Shown: positions 31,070 to 41,257 of the stretch, piece by piece
How positions within the stretch are numbered: position 1 is the stretch's first letter
Layout of the letters: each line of letters starts with the position of its first letter
IMG/VR virus record: IMGVR_UViG_3300020578_000037
Coordinates: 1 to 64,000 of that record
Source of the DNA: a virus
Direction: 5' to 3' (one strand)
Length of the DNA stretch: 64,000 bases
The notes under the pieces: model-generated
Told to the model about the DNA's origin: nothing
The model's database searches: none
The model's input: the letters and a program-made list of their open reading frames with translations, nothing else
Program-made: the position numbers and the translations under genes

Positions 31070-32925
31070 TAATACTCCTTAGTAATAGACTGTATAGAAG
31101 GTGTAATGATTGTTATCTTATTCTTAAAATCTAGTTTATTATTTAAATATGGAAATTTAAAAAACGGTAATTTAAGATCTTGAGTAGTTATTTGAATGTC
31201 ATTAAAAGAATAAACGGGATTATAGATTAATAAGCTTATACCAGGTGTTAAAATTGATCTACCATTTTCATTTCTAACTGTATTAATAGATTTAACACCA
31301 TCAAGAGCTAAAATTTGATTCGTAATATCTGTTAAACTTATAAAAAGACCTAAATTGTCGTTAACAGTTGAAAAATAATTACTAAAAACATCAGATATTT
31401 GCTGTTTTAAAGCTTCAGGATTTTTTTTAGCAGTAATATCTCTTGTTATTTCTAGAAAAGAATTTTCAGAGACAGACGGTGATAATATTTCTTCTGTGTA
31501 TTTTACACCGATATCTATAGCCATATATACGGGGTCGTTAATAACTATTTCAGCAGTAGTAAGCTTTACTTGCTGAAGATTATTCATAATTAATTGTTTT
31601 TGAGCAGAATTTAAATAATTTGCTCTAGATGTAATTGATGTTAATTTTTCTAATTTTGGTACTGCATATATATAGACATTATTAAAATTGCAAGAATCAG
31701 AAAACTTAACTTGGTTAAAAAGAACTCTACTTTCTTGATTTGGTTGTGTTACCCCGAGATCAAAATAATATTTTACGTGTTCAGATAGATAATCCCAATT
31801 ATTAACAGCTTTTACAGATGAAATAATGTTACTATAATTTTTAAAAAGAAAGTTAGTAAAATCGTCTGATGTTATAAGTCTATACTGGCTTCTAAAAGTA
31901 TTGATTGCATTACTTTTTATACTAGATGTATCTTCTATAGATACAAAAGGAGTAGAATCGTCGATGTTTGTAAAATCTATAAGGCTTGCTTGAGCCGGTG
32001 TAAGTAAGTTAAGGTTTTGCGCAATAGTATCGTTTAATACTGTATTAAATTTGGGTGTATTATAGAAAAAGAGCTTATTATTATTTAAAAGACCTGCACT
32101 TACTTCACCTCTAGTACCATCAGACTTTAAATAGTAAATAGCAACTTCATCACCTACATTTAGTTGTTTGCCAGTTACATTATTACCAAATTTAATTTCA
32201 TACCTTTGATTTTCGTTTAATCTAATTTCATAAACCTTAGAATCTGCACGCTCTAAAAATAAAGATTGTACCGGTGACCATTTTTCCCATTTTGGTGTAG
32301 TGACCGTATTATCTTTTACATAAACATCAATATTAAAATGATCAATTAATATATTATCGCCGTTTGTATCTACTAACGTTATTGTAACTAATTCAAATGG
32401 CTCACCCACCGCGGTATAAGGGGGGTATTCTGAATACTTGCCTTGAAAGAGTAGATTGTTTTCTTGCAAATCGGTAAGAGCTTCAACTAAAGACGTGCTC
32501 TTTGCAAACGTAACATCTGTATTAAAAGAATAAGATATACCGTTAACAGTAAAAAAGGAATATCTAGGTATAGTATATATACCTTGTAGTAATGCTGATT
32601 GACCGGTAGCTAGAAAAGATAGTACGGGGGTTTGATTACCTATAGGATTGTAATTTATAAGCTTAACTATTTTATTAATATTTTCATAAAGCTCGGCGGT
32701 AGTAAAAGTACTCTCAGAACTAGTACGGTTAAGATAGAAAATAAGCACGTTATACGCATAAGCTATAATATCAATTATAGAAGAAATATTGCTGCCTTCA
32801 AAATTCTGGTCAGTAAAATAATTATTTGTATTTAACCGAGTAGTAATTAAGCTTTTTAAACTTTTAGCATCAAAAGCCACATACCCGTCTGTAGGTATTT
32901 CATAATTATTAAAATTATTGGCCAT
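31069..32925 (-). CDS. gp6: Baseplate wedge subunit (T4 gp6-like)
   Basis: FTDQNFEGSNISSIIDIIAY, YEIKFGNNVTGK, YYLKSDG, QYRLITSDDF. Confidence 0.85.
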   Translation of the reverse strand: MANNFNNYEIPTDGYVAFDAKSLKSLITTRLNTNNYFTDQNFEGSNISSIIDIIAYAYNVLIFYLNRTSSESTFTTAELYENINKIVKLINYNPIGNQTPVLSFLATGQSALLQGIYTIPRYSFFTVNGISYSFNTDVTFAKSTSLVEALTDLQENNLLFQGKYSEYPPYTAVGEPFELVTITLVDTNGDNILIDHFNIDVYVKDNTVTTPKWEKWSPVQSLFLERADSKVYEIRLNENQRYEIKFGNNVTGKQLNVGDEVAIYYLKSDGTRGEVSAGLLNNNKLFFYNTPKFNTVLNDTIAQNLNLLTPAQASLIDFTNIDDSTPFVSIEDTSSIKSNAINTFRSQYRLITSDDFTNFLFKNYSNIISSVKAVNNWDYLSEHVKYYFDLGVTQPNQESRVLFNQVKFSDSCNFNNVYIYAVPKLEKLTSITSRANYLNSAQKQLIMNNLQQVKLTTAEIVINDPVYMAIDIGVKYTEEILSPSVSENSFLEITRDITAKKNPEALKQQISDVFSNYFSTVNDNLGLFISLTDITNQILALDGVKSINTVRNENGRSILTPGISLLIYNPVYSFNDIQITTQDLKLPFFKFPYLNNKLDFKNKITIITPSIQSITKEY

Positions 32926-32930
32926 ATATT

Positions 32931-33410
32931 TTATTCATTTAAAAAGAATCCTGAATTACTTAATGTTCCAACTAATATGAAGCTAGAATTATCTATGTTT
33001 GTCATAGATAATATTAATTCTACTATATACTGTTGGTTTGCTTCGTCAGCAATAACATTTATTTTTTGAACTGTGACTCTAGGCTCAAAAGCAGTTATAC
33101 CCGCTAAGACTTCATTACCTATGCTTAGCGCTACTGATTCACTAATCCTTAAGAAAAGATATTTTGGCAAATTAAGCCCGTATTCTGGATTTAATATCCT
33201 TTGACCGGGTACTGTAGTGACTAAATTGTATATTGAATTACGTATAGCTGCGTAGTCATAATCTATTTGAATATCTTTTATCTCTCTTCTCTTCAAAAAT
33301 TCATTGTTTTTTGTATAACCTAGTTGAAGATCAAGCTTTAAGTCGGTGTATGTATAATCGCTCTGTGTCCTTTCTGGCTGCGCTATTGTCTGTATATTAA
33401 TATTAGCCAC
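32931..33410 (-). CDS. gp25: Baseplate wedge subunit (T4 gp25-like)
   Basis: AIRNSIYNLVTTVPGQRILNPEYG..LF..FEPRV. Confidence 0.9.
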   Translation of the reverse strand: MANINIQTIAQPERTQSDYTYTDLKLDLQLGYTKNNEFLKRREIKDIQIDYDYAAIRNSIYNLVTTVPGQRILNPEYGLNLPKYLFLRISESVALSIGNEVLAGITAFEPRVTVQKINVIADEANQQYIVELILSMTNIDNSSFILVGTLSNSGFFLNE

Positions 33411-33415
33411 ATAGT

Positions 33416-33473
33416 TATTTATATTACTTTTATTCTTTTAAAAATGGTTTTCTAGTAAGTAAAACAATAAATA
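33416..33473. promoter_or_regulatory. Divergent T4-type late promoters (TATAAATA on minus at 33416-33423; TAAATA on plus at 33468-33473)
   Basis: Exact T4 late consensus 5 nt before the gp25 GTG; core motif 6 nt before ATG 33480. Confidence 0.7.
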
Positions 33474-33479
33474 ATTTAA

Positions 33480-34085
33480 ATGAACAAGAAGTTTGTTAAA
33501 CTATACGAATCAGCATTGCAAAGATTTACTAATGGCGGGTTTTTAGCGGGAGATGTAGTGGTTTTTATGAAAGATGCGCTGTCAGATCCGTGGTTTAAGT
33601 CGTTAGGCACCAATACACAAGAAAAAATTAAGAGCATGATTAATAGCGGTCTTAATCTAAGAATTTCTGCAATAAAGAATGTACGTCCTAATGTCATGGG
33701 AGCCGGTAATACAGATTATACCGGTACAGAAGTAAATGTAGATATTACTTCAGAGATTGCACCTGGCAGGTATATGGATTTCGTGACAGTCCCTGGCAGA
33801 TTATTAGAACCTGTAAGTTCGTACCCAAATTTACCTGAAGTCCCTGAAATTTTTAAGAAAAATGATCCTTCAAAGAGAGTTAACATTAAACCTAAAAAGG
33901 TTAAGGATGAAGCGGAAGAAGTTCCTTTTCTTAAGCCTGGTGAAACTAGAAAATCAGATATTGGTGGAAAACTGGATACAGGAGATAGATCACTTTTAAA
34001 TAAAAATGTTTCAATACCTTCATCACCTGCTGTGAATCATAAAGACCCAGCCAGCTATACAGCAGCATATTTACCTAAGCGCTAA
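33480..34085 (+). CDS. Hypothetical late protein (possible internal head protein)
   Basis: 201 aa; N-terminus MNKKFVKLYES; late motif upstream. Confidence 0.6.
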   Translation: MNKKFVKLYESALQRFTNGGFLAGDVVVFMKDALSDPWFKSLGTNTQEKIKSMINSGLNLRISAIKNVRPNVMGAGNTDYTGTEVNVDITSEIAPGRYMDFVTVPGRLLEPVSSYPNLPEVPEIFKKNDPSKRVNIKPKKVKDEAEEVPFLKPGETRKSDIGGKLDTGDRSLLNKNVSIPSSPAVNHKDPASYTAAYLPKR

Positions 34086-35008
34086 TAATTAGCTAAATTA
34101 ATTAAACAACTATAGCAATTAATTTCTTGATCTACTACAAAACTGCTTCTATATAAATGCTCAGCAATTACTAATAAAAAATGCTTTTTAAGCTTTAAAT
34201 CTTTTTCATTACTGTCAATAAAATTAAATAAATTTCTTAATAACGTAACATAGTCGTTATTAAATTTTGATTCATTTTCTATTAATGCTTTTCTTAATAA
34301 GATAATGTTTTTCTTTTTTATTTCATTAAAGATAAGGTCTAGCACTTCATTATTCTTTATGTTATCTAAGATTAATTTTCCTGTACTTGAATGCTTTTGC
34401 ATCTCGTTAATACATTTTCTAAGGTCGGGGTAATTAGATTTAATAAAATCTAATAAAATTGTTTTTTGCGACTGATCAATTTCTATCTTTTCTGCTTTTA
34501 GTATAGATGCACATCTTTTCACAACACCTTCAAGCGGTGGGGTTAAGTCGATACTCTGACACCTGCTTTGTAAAGGTGGTATTACTCTGTATCTATAATT
34601 AGCAGTAAGTATAAATCTTGTAATTTTTGCAAATTCTTCCATTGTATTACGTAAAGCTCTTTGTGCATCTGGTGACAGCCCATCCGTTTCATCTAATATT
34701 ATAACCTTAATAGAGCCGTCTATACTTTTTGTTTGTGCAAAGCTAGTAACTTTGTTGCGAATGGTATCGATACCGTTTTCATCACTAGCATTAATATAAA
34801 GGTATTGACATTCTAGAATACTATTAACAATAATTTTAGCTAGAGATGTTTTACCTAAGCCTGGAGTACCTGTAAATAATAAGTTAGGTATTTCTTTTTT
34901 GTTTTTAAATGACTCTATAATTGCTTTATTAGTATCAGATATTATAAAATCATCTAAAGTTTTAGGTCTATACTTTTCAACCCATAAATTATTAAAATCT
35001 ACTTTCAT
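34082..35008 (-). CDS. gp44: Sliding-clamp loader ATPase (T4 gp44/RFC-like)
   Basis: LWVEKYRP, GTPGLGKTS, INASDE, IILDETD, LQSRC, PDLRKCIN. Confidence 0.93.
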   Translation of the reverse strand: MKVDFNNLWVEKYRPKTLDDFIISDTNKAIIESFKNKKEIPNLLFTGTPGLGKTSLAKIIVNSILECQYLYINASDENGIDTIRNKVTSFAQTKSIDGSIKVIILDETDGLSPDAQRALRNTMEEFAKITRFILTANYRYRVIPPLQSRCQSIDLTPPLEGVVKRCASILKAEKIEIDQSQKTILLDFIKSNYPDLRKCINEMQKHSSTGKLILDNIKNNEVLDLIFNEIKKKNIILLRKALIENESKFNNDYVTLLRNLFNFIDSNEKDLKLKKHFLLVIAEHLYRSSFVVDQEINCYSCLINLANY

Positions 35009-35481
35009 TATTTACCTGAAGAACCAAAACCCTTTTCACCTCTTTGAGATTCTTCTACTTCACCCCATTCAACAGGCATAGAGAGTGTAAAATAAAGAGC
35101 GAATTGCGCGACTCTATCACCTACTTTGACTTGATAATCGGTATCTGTAAGATTATACAGTTTTACTCCTGCGTCGCCTCTGTAGCCACTGTCAATAATA
35201 CCTGGATGCGCCATAATTCCGTGCTTAAAACCTAATCCACTACGAGATTCGACTTTAATCCAATAGCCTTCTGGTATAGATGCAAATTTAAGCCCAACAT
35301 CTACTATAGCGCTACCCTTTGCAGGGATTATCTTATCTTCTATAGAATAAACATCGTAACCTGTATCAGATTCATGATTTTTAAACGGTAATTTTGCAAG
35401 CTCATGTATCTTTTTAAACTTTAAGACAGGTAAAAACTTTAAATTAGGATCATTTTCATTAATAATCTTATTATTATACAT
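35008..35481 (-). CDS. dut: Trimeric dUTPase
   Basis: GYDV, SRSGL, GIIDSGYRG, GDRVAQ, RGEKGFGSSG. Confidence 0.95.
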   Translation of the reverse strand: MYNNKIINENDPNLKFLPVLKFKKIHELAKLPFKNHESDTGYDVYSIEDKIIPAKGSAIVDVGLKFASIPEGYWIKVESRSGLGFKHGIMAHPGIIDSGYRGDAGVKLYNLTDTDYQVKVGDRVAQFALYFTLSMPVEWGEVEESQRGEKGFGSSGK

Positions 35482-35487
35482 ATTTCG

Positions 35488-35515
35488 ATTATAAAAGTGA
35501 GTTTATAAAAATCAA
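35488..35515 (-). promoter_or_regulatory. Sigma70-like promoter TTGATT-N16-TATAAT, 6 nt before dUTPase ATG
   Basis: Perfect -10 box; back-to-back with plus-strand TAAATA at 35523-35528. Confidence 0.7.
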
Positions 35516-35533
35516 TAGTAAATAAATATTATT

Positions 35534-35998
35534 ATGAGCGAAGAGCTTAATGAAATGGTCGGTGATTTGTTGTCACAGCTTAATGACGCGACTGAAAAAG
35601 CAAAACAAGCAGAAAAAGAGAAGAATCCGCTAACAAAAGAAAATATGGAAAAGTTTGTTATTGAAAAAGCAGGTAAACTTGTAGAGGAGAGTATTGAAGT
35701 TGTGTCAAATGTGAAGGATTACATATCTTCTGCTCCTGAGAGCAAGGATGTAGGGTCTCTTGCTGAGCTTATTGGTGCTACGGCAACTGCTATAGAGACA
35801 CTCAACAAGATAATAGTTACGGACAAAAGAAATGATACAGTTATAAAAGCCAAAGAGATGGATATAGCGTCGCGAAAAGAATTAAAAGAAGTTGATAGTC
35901 AAAATAAACTACTGGCTACTAGAGAACAAGTATTTAAAATGCTAATAGACAGCGCGAATAAGAGTGCTAAAATTATTGATGCTGAGGTAATTGACTAA
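35534..35998 (+). CDS. Putative terminase small subunit (T4 gp16-like)
   Basis: 154 aa helical protein of gp16 size and pattern (SAPESKDVGSLAELI..LLATREQVFKML); late motif upstream. Confidence 0.45.
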   Translation: MSEELNEMVGDLLSQLNDATEKAKQAEKEKNPLTKENMEKFVIEKAGKLVEESIEVVSNVKDYISSAPESKDVGSLAELIGATATAIETLNKIIVTDKRNDTVIKAKEMDIASRKELKEVDSQNKLLATREQVFKMLIDSANKSAKIIDAEVID

Positions 35999-37947
35999 TA
36001 ATCGTTTTTATTTTTACAGTCAAATAGCTTTGAATTAAATCCTTTCCATAATTCATTAAAATTTGGTATTAATGAAGTAAGTGAACTTACAAAACCGTCT
36101 AGCTTAGGCAGATTAAACGAAAAGCCCCCTAATTTTGATAATAGAGAAGTAGGATTAAAGTCGACATTTGAATTTGTAAGTAAATCAAAATTTATATCTG
36201 GCGGTTCAGGTAGTTTGAAGTCACAAGCAACGTTTTTAGCTTGTTCAATATTAGAAAGCGAAGCACTTATATTAGGATCTCCGGGTTGAAGCCCTGTAGC
36301 GATTGATCCAATACTAGAAAATTCTGATGAGTTTTTAGACGGTAGAGTGTTAGGTGTATCAAGAGTAGGTTTTTGTGTGGTTTTCTCATTATTAGCAACA
36401 GTAGATGCCATGTTATTATCGTTTTTTGACTCTTTTAGACCTTGTTTTTGAATATTGGAGTTTAAATTAACTAATTTAGCATTGGGTTCCTTAACTTTAT
36501 TTACGGATGCTGCGTTTTTAGCTTTTGCAGATGATGAATTAGATACAGGTATCGGTAGTCTAGTATCATTTTCTTTATTAAGAAATGTATTGTTTATAGA
36601 TTGCGTGTTTTTTGTATTGCTTGTTGTTGCAACGCTTACATTAAGAGAGCTTTTTATCGTTTTATCCTTTAATGAAGGTATAGAAATATTTTGTAAGAGA
36701 TCTAACTGCACTATTTTGTTTTCTATATTTTTTTGAAAATAAATATTTTCTATTTTTTGAATGTTTTTTAAAGTATCTCTAGGATTGTAAGCTGTATTAT
36801 CGTTAAAATTACTAAAAAACGCAATGTAAGGCAGGGTGTTTTTAAATTTATCCGTTAAGATACTAACAAGACTGCTTAAGTTATTATAGAAATCTAAATA
36901 AAATTTATAGTCAGTTACAAGATTAGTACCGTGAGCTACTGTAGTATCGGATTTTAGATTTGTTAGTGCGTCGTCTTCTGAAACTTTTTGAATGTTAATT
37001 AAATTATTTCGCTGCAGCGATGTTGTTTTAATATTTAAATCATCATAAACACTTCTAGAAACAGCGCTTAATTTATTTAATACTGAAGCAGGTAATTGAT
37101 TAGGCCCTCCCATACTACAAAAAACATCAAAATAAGGTGATACATTATCATTAAATTTAATTTTGCTATTTACAATACTGCCTACACTATCGCTAGGACC
37201 GCTTAAAACAGAGTCTAACTTTAAAGATAATGAATCTTTTATTTCATTTAATGTGTTGTTAAATTTTTTAAACCAATAAAAAATAAAATCGTTGTTTAGG
37301 TCATTAAAAACCGTATTATTTAACTGTAAGTAAAACTTTTTTAAGCTAGTTACAGGGTCACCAGATCTTAAAGCTTTCCAATAATTTAAAGCTAAAGACA
37401 TCTGCAATGATAGATCACCGGCGTCGAAAGAATTAGCTTCTGATTCTATACCTTTTTGCTTTTTAGATGGCAATACCTGTTGAGGAATATTTTGCGGTGT
37501 AACGGTAACTGTTACTTCTTTACTATTAGCTCTTAAGAATGATGTTGCTTCTTCCTTAGTATTAAAAAATAGACATATTACTGGCACGTTACCTGTGATT
37601 TCAATTACCTGAGGTATGATATCGTCTGCTATTCTTTGACCTGCACCTGGTATGTCTACTCTGCTACCTATAGGTATAATAGAGCTATTAACAGCTAAAC
37701 TATTACTTGTTAATTTTTCGTTAGTTATAGAAGAAATTCTTCCCTTATCTGCATTGCTAGAGAAATATGCATCTAGCTTAACATTAACTGAATAAGAGGT
37801 GCTAGTACTGTTGTTAGAAGAAAGAGGTGAACTAATACTACCAATACTTTCAAGATAATTTGAGTAAAGTTTTATAAACTCTATTGAATTGCAGATAGGG
37901 TTATCAACTAAATCAGGATAAATAGTTTTTGTTGTTGTTTTTAACAT
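35995..37947 (-). CDS. Tail/baseplate protein with degenerate 3D (MltA-like) domain
   Basis: SLAVNSSIIPIGSRVDIPGAGQRIADD; coupled to the hub gene. Confidence 0.55.
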   Translation of the reverse strand: MLKTTTKTIYPDLVDNPICNSIEFIKLYSNYLESIGSISSPLSSNNSTSTSYSVNVKLDAYFSSNADKGRISSITNEKLTSNSLAVNSSIIPIGSRVDIPGAGQRIADDIIPQVIEITGNVPVICLFFNTKEEATSFLRANSKEVTVTVTPQNIPQQVLPSKKQKGIESEANSFDAGDLSLQMSLALNYWKALRSGDPVTSLKKFYLQLNNTVFNDLNNDFIFYWFKKFNNTLNEIKDSLSLKLDSVLSGPSDSVGSIVNSKIKFNDNVSPYFDVFCSMGGPNQLPASVLNKLSAVSRSVYDDLNIKTTSLQRNNLINIQKVSEDDALTNLKSDTTVAHGTNLVTDYKFYLDFYNNLSSLVSILTDKFKNTLPYIAFFSNFNDNTAYNPRDTLKNIQKIENIYFQKNIENKIVQLDLLQNISIPSLKDKTIKSSLNVSVATTSNTKNTQSINNTFLNKENDTRLPIPVSNSSSAKAKNAASVNKVKEPNAKLVNLNSNIQKQGLKESKNDNNMASTVANNEKTTQKPTLDTPNTLPSKNSSEFSSIGSIATGLQPGDPNISASLSNIEQAKNVACDFKLPEPPDINFDLLTNSNVDFNPTSLLSKLGGFSFNLPKLDGFVSSLTSLIPNFNELWKGFNSKLFDCKNKNDY

Positions 37948-39485
37948 TATTTGCTTTCCTTATTAATAAAAATATCTTTTGAAGAATATGTTTTAATACA
38001 TCTAAGCTCATTATAATAGTCACCGCCTGAAAAAATATGCTTGACTTCAACTATAAAGTATACGCCTAACATTTTATTATCGAAATCTGTGTATTCATAA
38101 GACCCATCTCTATCTATACCTATAAATTTACCAGCTTCTCTATGGGTAGATCCTGGAACTTTAAATAAAACCGTATTATTGAGAAATATACTATTAAACA
38201 AAACACTATTTCTACCGGCATTTAATCTTTGATTGGGGTTATCGGAAACTGTAAAAGAATGTTTAACGTTTTTATTTTCTTCCCTGTATTTTCCAATTAA
38301 AAAATTCGAATACGCGCTTTGTTTTGCATACTTACTGAAAGGTAATACATAATTTTGGTTATATGTACTCAGAGAACTAGATGCAGTGTTGCGTTCTTCT
38401 TCTATAGAAAACGTTTTATCATCAAAATCATAGCTATGCACGAGAAAGGTAGCTATCTCTTGTTGAGAATAAAGCCCTGGCATAAAATCGTAAGAAAAAT
38501 TTTGAATAGTACCAAATTTTTGAAAAAATAATGCATTGGAAGGTGTAAATTGTAATTTTTCAAGTGTATATTCATTATTCACATCAGAGTATGTACCGAT
38601 TTTAAAGGTTTCTAAATAATACTCGCCGAGCTTTATTCCGCTAGAATCTACACTTACTGATTTAGAGAATATGTCTTTTAAGCTTTCGAATTTAAATACG
38701 GGATTTCCTCTCCCTAATCTTAAAAAAGCTCTGTCGTAATTCGAATCTGCAGAAGATACATGTCTTGATAAAAGATACTCTAAGCAATCAATACCTTTAA
38801 ATTTTGCGGGCGCTGAAAAAAACACGTTAGTACTGCCTTGATCAAACGGCTCACCTATTGTAATAGGTAGTCCGTCTTCTGGAGAAAAGAATTCTTGTAA
38901 AAAATTCTTTACTGCATCACCGGTAAAGACTGTTCTTTCTGTATTATCTGCATTATTACCGGATAAACTTACATAATTTCCTGTTGAAAAATATGAATTT
39001 TTTTCAAGTAAAAGTTCATAATAAAGATCCCAAAAAAATAATTTTTTAAATTTTTCTCCTGCGTTTTCACCGGGTATTTCTTCTGAATTATAGATAGCAA
39101 AATTAAAAAACAATCTAAATATCTCATCACCTTGTTTAGAATTTTTTGATGAAAAAGGCTGTTCATCGAGTTTAGGCATTATATCTATAGAAAGAATATC
39201 TCTAGAATCACCTTTAAAAATAAACCCTCTTCCTTGCTGTTGTTTAAGAGAAGAGGGGTTAGATCCAACAGTAATTCCTGAAACTCTTTCTACTGCGTCA
39301 AATGTATTGTTTAAGATAATATAACCTTTGTGAAAATAATTAAAAAATATATCTTCTATTACTAATTGTTTTATAGCGCCGGGTTTTAATTCTTGATATC
39401 TATTATCGGTATTAAACAATCCTACTTTAAATCTAAATTTCGAAGAATTAATAATAGTATCAAAATCTATAATAGAAGTAGACAT
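37947..39485 (-). CDS. Putative baseplate hub protein (gp27-like)
   Basis: 512 aa; IKQLVIEDIF..GYIILNN; C-terminal VPGSTHREAGKFI..LGVYFIVEVKHIF. Confidence 0.6.
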   Translation of the reverse strand: MSTSIIDFDTIINSSKFRFKVGLFNTDNRYQELKPGAIKQLVIEDIFFNYFHKGYIILNNTFDAVERVSGITVGSNPSSLKQQQGRGFIFKGDSRDILSIDIMPKLDEQPFSSKNSKQGDEIFRLFFNFAIYNSEEIPGENAGEKFKKLFFWDLYYELLLEKNSYFSTGNYVSLSGNNADNTERTVFTGDAVKNFLQEFFSPEDGLPITIGEPFDQGSTNVFFSAPAKFKGIDCLEYLLSRHVSSADSNYDRAFLRLGRGNPVFKFESLKDIFSKSVSVDSSGIKLGEYYLETFKIGTYSDVNNEYTLEKLQFTPSNALFFQKFGTIQNFSYDFMPGLYSQQEIATFLVHSYDFDDKTFSIEEERNTASSSLSTYNQNYVLPFSKYAKQSAYSNFLIGKYREENKNVKHSFTVSDNPNQRLNAGRNSVLFNSIFLNNTVLFKVPGSTHREAGKFIGIDRDGSYEYTDFDNKMLGVYFIVEVKHIFSGGDYYNELRCIKTYSSKDIFINKESK

Positions 39486-39486
39486 A

Positions 39487-39849
39487 TTAAATTAAATTAT
39501 TTGAAATTTCGTTTAAAATTTGAGTAACATACTGAGGTTTAATAATTTTAATTAAAGATCCTTCTTCCGGAAACTTTATAGGATTAAAAATATTGTTTGC
39601 TAAACATATTAACCACCATAAATCTGTAGTTTTATATGCGTTGTAACTAATCACTGTCCAAGGCATTTTTGTGGTTGCCTGTTGATAATAAATCGTAGTT
39701 TCGTCTATGTTTTCGGGTAAGTATATTGATTGTAAAAGATTGTAAAAGTAAAAATTATCTTCTGTTTTATATAATTTAAATATATTTTCATATCTAGTTG
39801 TTTTTAGCGGTGGTAGAGATGAAATACTATTTTGATAGTCGCCTTCCAT
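39487..39849 (-). CDS. gp53: Baseplate wedge protein (T4 gp53-like, LysM-like)
   Basis: ISYNAYKTTDLWWLICLANNIFNP; start placed at ATG 39849 (TAAGTA 5 nt upstream). Confidence 0.75.
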   Translation of the reverse strand: MEGDYQNSISSLPPLKTTRYENIFKLYKTEDNFYFYNLLQSIYLPENIDETTIYYQQATTKMPWTVISYNAYKTTDLWWLICLANNIFNPIKFPEEGSLIKIIKPQYVTQILNEISNNLI

Positions 39850-39885
39850 AAGAATACTTATTAAAAAATACAATTAGACAAACCA

Positions 39886-41247
39886 TTAACTGTTAGAAGT
39901 GTTTATATCAGGTGACAAAATATTAGTATCTACTGATCTAAGGTTAATAGATTCTTGATTGTTTTGTTGTGTCTTAGAGAATGGATTGAGAATGCTATTA
40001 ACATTAGGTGAGAGCGTGCTTGCAGATACTACCGGCTCTTTATTTAAAACAGAATACATAAAATTCTTAGTGTCAGGCAATAAACTTTTTAAGGATATTT
40101 GTATTTCATATGCGTCTGGAATAATTGTAGTAATATTTCTTACTGTAGATATGTTAGAAAATCCTCTTACTGTCTTTTTAATTGTATCTAATCTTAGTTG
40201 CCCTGGACCACCTTTACGACTTTCTGTAGTTTTATCAACGCTTAGACTGTCTATAGTAGATAATTCAAAAGAAAGTTCACGTCTAGATCCTTTAAAATTA
40301 ATATTAATTCCTGCTATATAGCAAAATGGTAAAAATTTAACACCAGGTATTTCTACTTGATAAATTACTGGTGGATCGATAATTGCAACGTTTTTACGCG
40401 ATGGTTTATTATTATAAAGTAATAAGAACAATAATTCCCAATTCTTAATTACGTCATTAAATGATGCACTGCCTGTATTAATTAGGGGAAATGAAAATGA
40501 AAGCTCTTCACCTTCGGTTGGGTAATTATAAAATTTTGTTTTTTCTGTAAAAGATATTTGTGTAGGGTTTCTTAGTACGCTAGTTATCTCAGCAACACCG
40601 CCCACAAGATCTGCACCTTTTTGCAGTAACCCGAGTACGGGATTATTAGCATCTGAAGCAAAAGTGTTGCTTTGAGAATTGTTATAGTTTTCAAAATAAG
40701 GTATTAAGAATTGCCATCCAGTAGGCTCTGTTATATATAAATTTTGATAGGGCAGAAGATAGGGATTCTTGTCGTAAATTGAGTTATTATCCTGTAAAAA
40801 ATCAATTTGATTTATTTTACTTTTAACAGCATCGGATGAATTACCTAGGCTTTTACCGGCATCGCTTTGCTTGACCTGGTTTATAAAATTGTAAAGGGGA
40901 TTTTTAATACCATCTGGCAAATTATTAACTATACCTTTAATATTATCTGCAGACGCTCCTAAAGAATACTTGAGCTGAGATATTAAAGCATTGGTTTTAA
41001 GTTTTCTTTCTGTTAAAATTATTTTTGGTACTTCTTGTCTTGATTCTCTTAATTTAGAATAAGTCCAGTAAAAATCAGAAACAACGTCTACTACTCCGCC
41101 TTGTGGTGTCGCCAAGCTTTTACCTATACCAGAGCCTAAAGGTGTGTTATTTGGTGATACTAATAAAGGTGGTTCAACATCAACGTTATTATTTTGTGAA
41201 AAAGTATTAAAATCTCTTACTCTAGCTATTGAAAATACGTGATCCAT
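39886..41247 (-). CDS. Putative baseplate/tail-tube initiator (gp48-like)
   Basis: LSFSFPL..IIDPPVIYQVEIPG..CYIAGININF; between tape measure and gp53. Confidence 0.5.
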   Translation of the reverse strand: MDHVFSIARVRDFNTFSQNNNVDVEPPLLVSPNNTPLGSGIGKSLATPQGGVVDVVSDFYWTYSKLRESRQEVPKIILTERKLKTNALISQLKYSLGASADNIKGIVNNLPDGIKNPLYNFINQVKQSDAGKSLGNSSDAVKSKINQIDFLQDNNSIYDKNPYLLPYQNLYITEPTGWQFLIPYFENYNNSQSNTFASDANNPVLGLLQKGADLVGGVAEITSVLRNPTQISFTEKTKFYNYPTEGEELSFSFPLINTGSASFNDVIKNWELLFLLLYNNKPSRKNVAIIDPPVIYQVEIPGVKFLPFCYIAGININFKGSRRELSFELSTIDSLSVDKTTESRKGGPGQLRLDTIKKTVRGFSNISTVRNITTIIPDAYEIQISLKSLLPDTKNFMYSVLNKEPVVSASTLSPNVNSILNPFSKTQQNNQESINLRSVDTNILSPDINTSNS

Positions 41248-41257
41248 AAATTATTAT

